Assembly (NCBI GenBank): GCA_000934665.2
Contig: KZ538055.1
Location: 1 to 64,000 of the forward strand
Reading direction: 5' to 3'
Length of the DNA stretch: 64,000 bases
DNA from: Catajapyx aquilonaris
Taxonomy: Eukaryota
A model generated the notes under the pieces. That model had not been told where the DNA came from, did not search any database, and worked only from the letters and a program-made list of their open reading frames with translations. Of the stretch, positions 51,601 to 64,000 are shown piece after piece. Position 1 is the stretch's first letter. Every line of letters begins with the position of its first letter. Both the position numbers and the translations under genes were made by a program.

Positions 51601-54600
51601 ACTCTTTAAGAATTAGTTTGAGTGGATTATTTTCTGCTCAATTTGAGTTTTTGTCCCAAGATGCAAAAATAAAATCATTTTCTCCGTCAATTTTAGTAAA
51701 GGATGAAATTTAAAAAAATATTGCCAGCATTTCATTTCTGAGTCAGTCGATAGACAAAATGCTATTAAAATACACTGGGTCTATTTTTAATTGGGAAAAA
51801 TTAAAATACCTCAGAATAACTTGCAAATTTTTCCTACGGAATGTGTCATGGGAATTCGCTCCCCAAGCAAGTAATCCATCAAGTTACACCCATCAGGTGC
51901 TCCCATTGCACTGGACTGTGTATGTAGCACCCTTTGCATTGTAAAAATTGGTGCCATAACACGTACATGATTATGCAAAAAGAGGAACCTGCTTTTTATT
52001 ATTCTGAAAAATTTTGTGCAGGTTCGCATGGGTTACCTCGGCCTAGATCGCGAAAGCCCCTTAACGACTGTGGGAATCCCACACACCTCCTTCCACACCC
52101 CCTCTGGAATAATTTCTACGCCATGTGGCCCAAGCATAACACGAATTCTGGCCATGTTTCGTGATGTGTGCCAAGTGTCCGGCCAACCATTGGCATTGTC
52201 TTACTTTGGCCGGAGTTTAACTCCAGCAACATACTTCCGCCAATAAAGGTTAGCTCGGGTCAAACCCTCCCATCTTTTTACACAATTAAACAATTGTTCC
52301 TTTCCTAATGTATACCCTTTTAAAGTAAATCTGCGGCGTTTCCAAAGGTTGGAAGGTCGGGACTTATTCCCACGCTACAACCTGGAATTTTTTGCGAATT
52401 CATTCTGCCAATTCAATGGCTTCATTTTTCATGGCCTGTTTTTTTCCACGTTAATTACTGCCAGGAGTTGTCTATTCAACAATGTTTCTATTTGCCTACA
52501 AATTATATTAAAAACAAAAGGCTGTAAAACAAGGCATAAAGCGGCAGATTATTTTCTTTGCGACTCGTTGCACCGACCGGATTTACTCTGTACATGTACT
52601 CATCATAAGCCTGAAGGGATTAGTTGCACTAATGGGATATGTAATCCGTCCTGTAAGCGTGGCAGAGAATAAATTCGGGAGGATTAAACCATTATTTAAA
52701 GTAAGTTTTTACACAAGCAGGTCGTGCAGTTATTCCGTTGTGTAGGTGATATTATTGGAGTTATAATTATTGCGCATGTGTCGCTTCGGATTGTTTATCT
52801 CATTAACCGTTTGAAAAAGAAGCAATGATAAATCACTATGTATGGAATGTGGTCATGATTTATTGCTTCCCAACGGGGTTGCTGCTTTTCCAAGCCGATC
52901 GAGTAAACAATTCATAACTTTTCTCTCACCCTATTCTTGCATTATGAACACGGGCAGTACACTTATCCTGCATATTGTTCGCAAAGAATTATTATTGCTG
53001 CGATGTGACAATCTGAGTACATTGAATATCACGTCGCCGACAGTAATTATTCATCAACGAATTTCCTACTCTGGCCTCTTCGTTAATAATAACTTTCTTG
53101 GGTTACACATCAAGGAAATCATATTAATTGGCCATGTAACAAGATGCCTTAATGAAAAGGATGGCTGGCATATGTGCTGCTTGAGCCTGTGCTGATTAAC
53201 CCGTGGCCATCATGTGCCCCAGACTGAGACTGCTCGGTGCAATAATTGGTTTAATCTCGCTTAAATAACAGTAAAAATCTGGGCGATGAGAAACGTTACG
53301 AGACACCCGCAAAGCAATCATTATGTACGTGGTCTTGCATGGTGAACCTGACTTGCCTGGCGTGGTCAGTTCTCGTTCTTTCCAATGCCAAGAATGCCGG
53401 TTTTGATGTGCAAGGTTACAGTTCTCTCTCCTCCTCTTGTAACAGTTTGTTACGGTTAGTCAGCGATCGGAACTACCATCAGCCTGTCAGTCCTTGATTG
53501 ACTTCTGAGTTTACTTTTGCACGGAATAGCACGTGGTATACCATTACGATGCATGCGATTTTTCAGACCCAACTTCAGGATATCGGTGGATCGTTTTACC
53601 CTCCTTAGCCTCATCAACCTGATTATTACGATTCAGTAATAAAAGAAATACCACCTAGTGGTATGTAGCGGAAAGATATTATCGGCAACTAAGTGATATG
53701 TGCAATAAAATTACAGCTTTAAACAAATTGAAACCCTGATCAGTATTGTAACTGAAAATACTCCCAGAATATTTTGGTTTTTAAATATACATTTTGAATC
53801 TATAGTGCCAAAAACCATCATATTTGCAACGAATCTCTTCATATTTTAATCTACCTGGCTAGGAGTTCATTGTAGAATTTTTGTTTTAATTAATTTTAAA
53901 CACCTTGCCCGTATTGTTGAAGGTGTTTACAGGGTGCGAGACCTTGTAGTTAACGTGCAGTGCTGTCCATCCCCCAGCAAGCAGCGCGAATAATAAATAT
54001 TGCATGGACGTGTGCGTGTCCAGTGCCTAACTGCGCTTTCAACCCTTTGGATTCTCAGTTTTTCCAGGTTAAACCAGAAGTTTGCATCATACGTTCATTC
54101 GAACCATTGTGGACGTGTCTTAATTAACACCCTTCGCGTTGCAGTGTAAGATCGGTATCCACTCCTTAGCTGACATGCTCTTGGTGAAAATGTATTCAAA
54201 TATTCTCACAGTACCTGTCAGAGTATGAAATGCTGAGCCCGTTCTGCAGTTAAAAATTACATGAAACTATTGTACGCAACTAAGGCATATCAGAGGTAGC
54301 ATATGAATTTACAACAGTTTCATTCAAAACACAATTATTTTGGCTATTATTAAATACAGGCTAGAAAACCACTTTGACATGAAAGAGAATTGAACAGGGA
54401 TTTGGAAGAAAATAATGTTTTGGAGCCAAAGTTTTCTTGTGAATTATGTTGCCAGCATATCTCACTTGTTGACCGGGTAAAAATATATTGTATATCTGCA
54501 ATATTTTCATGTTTTCTGCCTGGTATGACCTATTAGAGCTTTCGTAATATTATTTATGCAGCGCTAATAACTAATAAGACAAATAATGTCGGTGGAAATG

Positions 54601-55778
54601 GATTGTCTCTAACAGTGAAGCTTATATGGAGTGCAAACATTCTTATCAATTATAATATTTGTTATAAGAATCTCATAATTATGCCATTGCTCCACTCTAC
54701 ATGTTATTAGACCAAGGATTCAACCAATCCTATCAATTCATTAATTAACAGTAAATGTAAATAAAGTAAAAAAAAATATTTGGTCGAAATCTACCTGCCC
54801 TTAATATACTGTTTTGCCCTCAACAAGATATTTCTGGCTTCTACTTAGATACGCCCAATATTTCACATGTAAATCACATCCCTGGGCATTCTTGTTAGCC
54901 ACATTGTTGCCATTTTAAGTGTGCCCAAGTACGCTTCATACGGGAAGTTTACGCAAAGGCGACGTGCCGCATTTTAAACGTCCTGAATGCTGCCGGTTTG
55001 CGAGGTTGACGAAAGACCCACTTTTACTAGTAACACAAATTATTACTTTTTCAATTATATTCCCTGACAAAAAGCCAATAACTTGTAGGGCAACGAGGCA
55101 TGAAATATGGCACGTGGTCCATTCGAGGATGGCACCAACCTACTTTGGCCAGCACTTTCACCGGGTCCTCGTGTTGCTCTACACACACTTTAACACAGTG
55201 TCATCTCGTGGAGGTGTGGCTTTATACTCACTGAACTCATCTTTGAAGAATGGGACCTTGACCCGGAGGTGGAAGCCAGGGTCGATCATGGTCCTGGCCA
55301 TCTGAGGCAGGGCGAGTCCGACCGATGCGTTGACCACCCTGGGCACCTGCACTTTCAGCACGTGTGTGCCCAGGAACTCCTGGATCCTCCTGAACACCAG
55401 CTGGTCTATGGTGTCACCGTGGTTCTTGAGGAACTCGGGCAGAGGGTAGCTCATGGTCCCGCGACCCCTGCCCGTAGTCACCTGCTGCTGGTCATCTTGC
55501 ACTAATGACACGAAGCTGCCCAGCGGGATCGTGTCCCTATCCAGGAAGTCCGAGATCATGGAGGCCAGCACCACCTTCTTGCAGAAGAAGGTCTCCTGCT
55601 TTCCTTCTCCCGAGCAGGACTTGCTGGTGGCCCTCTGCAGGTACCTGAGCGTGCCGTGAGCTGACTTGCCATGGTCTCCGCACAGGTGATGACTATTCAG
55701 CTTGCACTTGACGTACCTGGCCGGTACCGGTGCCAGCAGGAAGAGGCCCAGGAACAGTAGAGATAATACGCGAGACAT
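48678..55778 (-). CDS. Osiris family protein, Osi17-like, 597 aa; exons 55778-55232, 51148-50251, 49026-48678
   Basis: Two phase-compatible GT-AG introns (phase 1 and phase 2). Features in order: signal peptide MSRVLSLLFLGLFLLAPVPA; two-Cys region CSGEGKQETFFCKK...DFLDRDTIPLGSFVSLV; DUF1676-like DQLVFRRIQEFLGTHVLKVQVP; hydrophobic segment FVAGISIGLVFLAMKGMMTPILFGL; C-terminal FDPFYSPLLSRID...CRERAVCSIYKFPVKYAPYSNLLSAQLSR...RYFKYMKAAKDGQ...CLSLYPAC, which matches my recollection of the Osi17 C-terminus. A small additional exon inside intron 1 cannot be excluded. Confidence 0.8.
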
Positions 55779-58700
55779 GTTGGCACCATGCCGGTCATCA
55801 CTGATATACACCGATCGGCACCGGTACCGGCGCGGGCAACAGCAGCAGCAGCCTCCTTCGCACTTCCATTCCGACCGCGCTCCTCGACTCGACTGGTTTG
55901 AAGTCTTCTCGGCAAGAAGGCCTTACCTGTTGGAAGTGGTGGAGGAGGCAGGGAGGTGGGGGTGGATAAAAAAGGTATGTAGGATGAAAACTAGGCCAAG
56001 GCACAAGCCGGCTGCTGCCTGCCAGCCAACAGCCTGTATCATCCAACTGGATGGCTAGAGAGTATAGCAAGGTTGTCCAGGGCTAAGGTGCCCAGCCAAC
56101 ATGTCATGGATATGTGTCAGCAGAGTCTCCGCTCCGTGAAATCTCATCACGGAGACGTCGCTGTCACGTGCAAAAGGTCACCTTTACATATCAAATGCTC
56201 ATTTCTTTTTTTTTAACAAAAAAAGAGGGGGGCGTGGTAGGTATATAGGGAGAGGCGACCAACATCAGAGGAGGCGGATGAATTTAGATGCGAATGTATG
56301 AAGATATTGCTTGCTCCGAGGTAATATCTGCAATGCTAATCGTGGTCGTAAATATGACCGCCAGAAAGAAGAACCGGTTCCGCACCTGTGGTCTGATGCA
56401 GTGTTAAGTTGTAATCGTCAAATTCTTAAGACGGTTAATGACAGAGGTGATGGAAAGGATTCGATTTGAAGTTGAGATTGCCAGCTGCAAGTGACCGGCT
56501 TGGTGTGCAAGTGCAACTTGACCTCCTTGCTTCTCTCTCATGTTGTTCAGCTCACAGTCAGTGCAATACTACCTTACAGTATGTACGAATTTTTTATTAT
56601 AAGAAAATTACATTTGCAAATTGAAACGTATGGTATGTATTGTAAATCAATGTAGGTGGCCTAACAAGTAATAAGTGAAATAGTAAATATTACATCGCTG
56701 ATAGGCCTACCTACATACGTTACAGACACACGCGAATGATTTATTTTGAAATATGCGACTTTTTTCTCGTGCAGCTTTAGAGAAACAAACAAACGAATTG
56801 CATAAACTATAAGTACAGGGGCAGCAAAACAGCTTTCTTCATATTAGAAATGATTCATTGCTCAAATTTTTCATGAATAATGCTGGACTGTAGTTGTCTC
56901 AGAATTCATTAAGGGTATAAAATTGTTGCTAATTTTGAGTTGCCGTTTTACTGAAAATATTTTTCATATAATGTTTTATGGGAAATACCATATACACGGA
57001 TAATGAATGAAAGTTGCTTAACCCGCATTGTACTTCCGCATATCGATAGTTTTTATATGACAAAATTCGAGCCCCCACCCCCCTAGTGATACGGTCCAAA
57101 TCATTTGCTTATCACAATACTGTACTTTACAAACAGATGATCTACAGCTGGGCCACATGGCCACATAGCTTACATGTTCAACCGCAGACGTCAAACACTT
57201 CCATCAATAATATTGAAAATCTAATGCAAGTAGAACAGAAGCCCAGAGTAATAAATTAGGAATTAAATCACGATTTTGCAGTAGGAGTAATATAGTACCA
57301 CTTGTTCAGTACAAGTATTGCGTGTGTGTCAGTTTAGGGTAATTTATGCTCGACTTTAGAGAAATAATTTTGCAATGTTGCGACATATTTTCTTCCTTGA
57401 CATAAGTTACCAAATTTGCAATATGGGTGATAATGATTGGAAAATGATTTAAACTAAACTAAGACTTGATAGGCAGAACGATCAGTCACAAAATGAGTTT
57501 GGCATTTTGCAATAGAATTCTTGACACGTATGTTCCAATGATAAAGTCAGTAGTCTACCATAATAGAAAATTAGGCCCATATAAACGCTACAAACCAAAA
57601 TTTAGAGTTATATAAAAAACTATTCCACTGTGACTCGGAAAGTTCTTGCAATAAATTCTGAATAGCTGTCTTATTACTTATAGTTTAAGCGACAGTTAGT
57701 CTCGCAATTAACACCATGAAGTGGCGGTAACTTGACAAGATGAATGAAGAGTGCAGCTGCTTACCTGCGACACAGACGGAATGTTTCCCAGAATATGCCG
57801 AGATCTCAAAATTCCTCACCACACTCGAGTCACGGCACAAAAGACACGAACGGAATGCGAGTCTCACGACATCTCGACATGAATATATATACGCGTGTGT
57901 GTATGTGGTAAAAGGACCCAGTTCTGGACTTTAGCCAAAAGGGAATAAGGATTTTTGTGGGGGTGACCTTTTAGGATGAAGGGCAAGCCCTACTTCATTG
58001 TCATCGAGCCAACTCGAACTTTGTCACCGGGTCACGATAACCACTCCCAAAAAGCCACTTCCGCTCGCAGATTTTTTTGGGGGGTGCAAATTCGGTCAAT
58101 TTTTGCAATGGCGGCCACTGGGGCACCCAACTGGACAATGCCAACTGGCAAAAGAAATATGCAACGTTACTTTTTTTTGTGTGCGTAATATCATTGCACA
58201 AAAATTGCCAAAATTTCAGTCACGATTGACCTGATTGTTCGGTGCATCAGTCAAGTGTGAGACGCATCTTTTCGCAGGTGCGTTTTGAGTGGTCCGAATC
58301 TTTTTCTGCCACATTACAGTTAATATTTTGGGCTTTTTTTCCCGGGCCCATTTCCAAGGATATGTGAAACGAGACGAAGCACCGGTACCGTTTTTACGAG
58401 GGTGTTTCAGGTATGGCCAAGCCACGCGCGGAATTTCGTGGGATAGGCTTGCAATTTTTTTTGCAAAAAAATATTACTAGAACATGTCGCAAATAAGTTG
58501 ACAACACCTGGACCAGTGTTGACGACTTCGCCTCGAGGTTGAGTAACGGTAACGGTCTGATGCTAAAAGCACCGTCAGGCAATAACTTCCTCTCCGCCAA
58601 ATTGTCATTGCAATTTTTTTTGCACTGTCTGGGCTATTATTTTCATCTGGAAGGCCCACGTCCATAGGTTGAACCAGGTTCAAACCCCTCTCCCTTTCGG

Positions 58701-59703
58701 CGTGACTCTGCCACTGACTGACCTGTACACAGTGTCACGCCATTGTTCATCTGGAGCACTAGGTGATTGTGTCACCCTCTTTTTTGACGAGCAACGGATG
58801 TCGCGAATATTTCGTGTATATATGGTAATGAGAAGATTTTTTAAATATATTTGGAGGGCGGAGAGTAACGGATGGAGGGTAGATCGAGGTCTTCCTATTT
58901 GCACATTCATAAAACCCTTGGCAGAGTTTAGACATGCGAAACAAAAGAGGCAATTTGCATGAAAAATTAGGCATTATGAATTTCGCGACTTGCGAGTGGA
59001 AATTCTAACGAGTTTTAATCAGTGCTGCGAATATTTTTTGTAATCGGAAGAATGGAAAAGGAACCCAGAGCATATTTTGTGGAATGAATAATTTTTTTCC
59101 CCCGCTTCTGGTTAATGTCTTTGGTCATTACAAGTTCAGTCGAATGAAACGATATATGTTGTCGATCAGGGTCAGGAAAACGTGCATGGTTGGGTCGGAT
59201 CGCCCAAATGTAATGTTGGGGGAAATATATGTGCACAGCACAACACGCACGTGAACCTTTGCCGAGATCATGGAAGCGCGAGCAGTTCTTTTCTTCTCGG
59301 TTCAGATTCTTGTCGGGTCAATCGGGCACTTGTTACACCGGAGTGCCAGCAGCAAACAAGTGTGGTGTTGCTTGGTGGTTAACTCTGAATCACCTTCACA
59401 CACGTGGTTCGGCTCCACCGATCACTGTCTTTCAACCTTTAGCGAATAAAGAAGCTCTTCCGGATTCGCCTTACTCTCCTTCTATTGAGAATATTAATTC
59501 GCTGCTGCGAGTCACCTACTGTTGCAAAATTATGCAATTATCGGAATTTTTTCGAGAAGTTCTCTCCATGCCAGGGAGGGTCTTCTCAGTCCAAAAGCGG
59601 TCCTTTCTTTGCTCCTTTTCCTATAAGCATCATCTAGTATGGCGTATATTATAGTACCCTCGTCTTCTCCAGTGAAACAGTTTGTTGAATAAAGTGAAGG
59701 CAT

Positions 59704-59813
59704 GGTCAATGAGAAACTGCAGTGCGTGCGGAATTGATATCAACCGTAATGAACTAATGATCAGTACAGAGGCGTACGCTTAGACCGTTGCAGCAACAAG
59801 TTTCTCATTGACC
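59704..59813. repeat. 110-bp element bounded by perfect 15-bp inverted repeats (MITE-like)
   Basis: GGTCAATGAGAAACT (59704-59718) and AGTTTCTCATTGACC (59799-59813); no clear target-site duplication. Confidence 0.7.
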
Positions 59814-62800
59814 GACGCGACGGATGAAAAAAGAATTTGGCTCCAGCATATCATCTGTTTCGTTTGACACTGTTTTTGCGACGGTATATTATACAAATGC
59901 GTAGCCTTGATTTTTCCTGCAAGACTCGTTTAATCAGGAAGTTCTGGCAATTACTTTCGCAGTGCTGGTTTTTTTGATGAACTGGTGTTGGTCATCGATA
60001 CATTTAAGCAGCCTCCTTCAGTATTTATTTGCAATAAAATTGTTGTGCAGCGAGTGACTATATGATGCGCCGGATGCTCGTCATTTTTTTTTTTTGCTAA
60101 TTGGCGCAATGCGACTCGCTGAACGGAAGTTAACGGGGAGCAAATTGGACGGGTTAATGTTTTGCAGAAGACCTCTGTAAGGCTGTTGAGAAAATGACAA
60201 TTAGCGAGGGATCAGCAGTGAAAAGAAATGCTTCCGGCTCAGGGATATTAATAGGCAAAGCCTGCGCATGTGTAATTATTATTAAAGGGCTAAGATATCA
60301 GCTCAGTGCTGCTGAATCGGATATTCGCATCAAATTTTTTACGATAAAATAAAATAAATCGCATTGGACTTTCTGGTGCTTTAGCTAACACTATGGTGAA
60401 AGTATGTTTTATGATCATTCAGTTAAGCGGTACATAATATGATCACACATCTATTAAGCGCAAGTGTCAAGTTCTAGTGGCAATCCATGTATTCGTCATG
60501 TTAGGAACATTTTAACAGCACAACTTTGTAGCAAGTCAACTTTAGTGCCGCGGTAGGTTTTTTGCTCAAATATTTGCAAAAATCTGGTTTGTCCCTTTCC
60601 TCGTAATCATCATTCAAATTTCAGTGTACTGTACGGACTGGCGTGATTGCGCGATTTGAATGGAACCTGACCTGCCTGATTCTGACCTTGCGGTTTTCTT
60701 AAAAAAAAGGGACTCGGCTTTCAATTTAATTCGCACCCTTCCGTGGACCATCGGAGCGATTGTTGTAACGGTTTGCAGTAAAACAGGCTTCTGTGCAAAT
60801 CAGCGATCGGAGGCGTGTTGAAATAATGTTACTGTTACACAAAATTCTGAACTGACCTGCTCGAATGTATCAATACCCCTCAAGCAGACTCGCTATTGAA
60901 AATCCGCCTCACCCACTTTAAGATTTTCGCAACACGTTTTTCTTTGGTTGTACTACCCGAGGTAGGTCAGTGCAAATTCTTGAAGGCAGCAGACTGCAGC
61001 AGGACAGGATAAAAATGTGTGCAAAAAAAGAGAAGCCCGACAGCTGTGAGATCTTGATCGTGATTATGTTGCAAGTTGGTCCTGAAGGAAAACGATCGGT
61101 TGTTTGGACCTTTACGGTTAGCAAGTCCCGCCGCAAATTATCCGATCAAAACCCTCGAACCTGCCTCAGGATGGCATCAAGTGCCGTTGGTCAATTATTC
61201 GTACCCAAGTAATTAGGGGCCCAACTGGACCAATTGGGCCATTTTGCGGGAGATCAGGACGTGATCGGGTCGATGGAAAATTCAATTCGCGTTGTGATCA
61301 GTAGTTGCGAAATTCGCACTCCACTTCGTGCTTTAATTATTATTCTGCGACACTTCTCATGCGAGCTATATACTGTACAGCATTGGTGTGAAGGAATAAT
61401 ACAGCAGTAAAACTCTCGTTTTCTTCTGCGGGAGAAGCCGCAGTAAATGTTTCGGTGACTCGAGCCCTTCATTCTTCCCTCCCTCTAATTTGTACAACGT
61501 AAATTGTAGACAAATACATTATGTCAAGCACGTAAATGCACAATATTTCAAACGAAAAGGCCTGTACCGTATGACCCGCATTGTTGAGCGAGACATAATA
61601 TTATTTCTGACATGTCCAGTGCGTATATGTTATATGCATCACGTGTGCGTGTGTGAAGACCATCGCATGTTGGCTCAATTAGTTAAACTCACGATAAGTA
61701 GCTCCGTTATCTAATTTGTATATTATTGTGTACCGAATCTGCATAAATATTTTAAAAAAACATACGCAGCCAGAATTATAACCCCTTCAAAAGTTGGCGT
61801 GCAAGAATTTCGGGACATGCTCTGGGACCTTTTTTAGCTCTGAGCTGTGACTTTTTGAAGAAGAAGAGCCTGCTGGTCTGAAATGAAGTCACTTTTCTCT
61901 CTCTAAATGCTTAATACTTCCGTGCACCAAAGGCGAATAAACAGGAAGGAAGAAAAAAATATATATCCCCCCAAAAACTGTACCCCCAATAATTTTCATG
62001 TCACATCGAGAACTTGTTTTTAAACCTAGCGAATATTTGCATAAACCTGATGTGTGTCCTGTAATGAGTAGCATGTGATGATAATTCATGGGACAGGAGA
62101 GATAAAAGTCGGTTTAAAAATCTGACAAAAAAAAGTTATACAGTATAGGTGTCGATTCTTGTTGAGCACAGAAGCCCCATTCAAATTTAATCCGATACTA
62201 GATTCACGTACACATTGTGCGAGGACCTTAATAAAACGGAACACACATCCTGGTATGCGCTTGTAATGTCCGGATAAACTCGTTTTCTTCAAGCAACCGG
62301 TTGACGCCCATTGTCGATTTTACTTTTCAGCCTCCGAGAGCAAGGTTTAACCCTCCTCATTGAGTCACGTATAGGCCATCACCGAAAAGAAATTCAGGAA
62401 GTTGGACTCGAATGGATCTGAAGAATTTGGGGGGGCCCGCTGCGATTATCGGAAATCATCAGAGAGATATTATTACAGTATACTGATCCGCGTTGTAGGG
62501 TTTGGCATTGGGAGAGGTCACTATCTGGAACACTGCTGGGTCATAACAGTTTTGCACGCCATATGTGTATGCAGCCTATATGTCCGTTATTCCGCTCTGG
62601 AATAATCTGCCATACATGAAACGTACTTTTTTTTACTGCATTCTGAGGGAGTGATGTGGCAGCCAGTTATACTCCGTTACGTAATAAGTTTTCAGGTAAT
62701 CATAAATGGGATTAGGAGAACATTACCGCATGATAATATGTTAAATACATTCTATGACCCTTCTGCGTAATTATGCTGTGTTCTGAGAGAAAATGCGAAG

Positions 62801-64000
62801 TTTTAGACCGCTCAAAATGTGTCCAGAAGGCAGCAACGTGCTTCAGTTTTAGTGAGGGCTAATGTACTAGCAGCTGCGCCAATAATTGCTAATTGGCACC
62901 AGAATTCTTCCAGGTTGTCTGCCGGTGACCTTGGGCAGAGCCAGACTTCTTCTTGGGCTGGAGCAGTGGGCCAGGTCAGACACGTGGGGACCAGACAGGC
63001 AGCCAGGAGGACCCTTAAGAGTTTCTTTTCAGTTCAAGATCAATGATGCCTAGTAGTTGCCTACCACTTGCCAAACTCGATTGTTCGTGTAGCCGGGCAT
63101 CACATACACTCGGTAAATTACAGCCTCCGTATACCTGAGTGCACTGCTTCTGTAATCACACTTCGAGATGACGACACATGATACAGGTCAGTTTTCTAAC
63201 CAAAGGCGGAAACAGATTTATTTCTGATGCAAAAAAATGAGGAGGGTGGTGCTCACGATTATTGAGGTAATGCTACACATTAGAATTGTTGATGACGCAC
63301 TTGGTGACCGCGGTCGATTCATGTCCCACGATTCGTTCTGATAGCATGTACCACTACGTTTTGAACCAGGTCAATTGTTGTGAATATCAATAAATTGGTT
63401 TTGGTATAAGGAAGAAGTGATGGGACCGCTGCCAGTTGCCATCAACAAAATAAGGACACAACAGGAGTCATCGTTGCCATTTTGTTGTCTAAAAAATCAG
63501 TTATTTGAACGAATTGATCTTGCCAATGATTCAATTTTATTGTTGCAAAAGTGGCTAGATGGGTCGTTTTGACGGGGAGACTAATCAGATTACTCCTTAA
63601 TAGGATCTCAATTTGGGTTTTTGTCAAACGAAACCTGTGCTCTTCTCAGTACACGTGACTTCAGATTGATGCCATAAAACCTGATCATTTTTACTGCGCG
63701 ATTATAACGTACTAACAACATGTCAGCCCTTTTAAGAAGCAGCATTTAGTACACCTATCAGTTCATTACTGCTGATGACAAAGTGCGTTTCAACAATGAT
63801 TATACTCGGGTACTGTTTATTGCGACAATCAGGTAATTTGCGAATAAAGTGCGAGTGTAGAGCCAGGTACCGTTTAAGTGTCAACCTAGAATAGGCAGTC
63901 TTTACGTCGCCCGACAACAATACTGTGTACAGTTTGACCTACTGTAATTCTGTCAGGTTAATTGCTCACCAAGCTCATGATGTGCACCAGGTTTGAAAAA

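Noticed and set aside
1..64000. Prokaryotic features (CRISPR array, operons, prophage) and rRNA genes
   Set aside because: No regularly spaced direct repeats or rRNA-like sequence were seen, and the conventional genes are intron-containing eukaryotic genes.

Overview
Eukaryotic (arthropod) genomic DNA with spliceosomal GT-AG introns; most ORFs in the supplied track are spurious. Left end: a head-to-head pair of housekeeping genes, FAHD2-like (minus strand, last exon runs off the window) and a complete 9-exon M17 aminopeptidase (plus strand). They are followed by about 30 kb without a conventional gene. In the middle of that stretch lies a tarsal-less/polished rice/mille-pattes polycistronic smORF gene that is too short for the ORF track. 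It encodes MGGKTLDPTGLY and (MSK)MPETLDPTGLY, and the two motif copies differ only at synonymous sites. Further right are two minus-strand genes: a 4-exon secreted protein with a DM4/DM12-like cysteine domain, and a lone 3-exon Osiris (Osi17-like) gene with no neighbouring Osiris genes. These two share a homologous C-terminal domain and a near-identical phase-2 intron. The non-coding DNA holds clusters of Svb/Ovo-, FTZ-F1- and Grainy head-type motifs, several MITE-like inverted repeats, decayed SINE-like pieces, microsatellites and one assembly gap. Family assignments come from motif recognition by eye, not database searches, and the species cannot be identified from the sequence alone.
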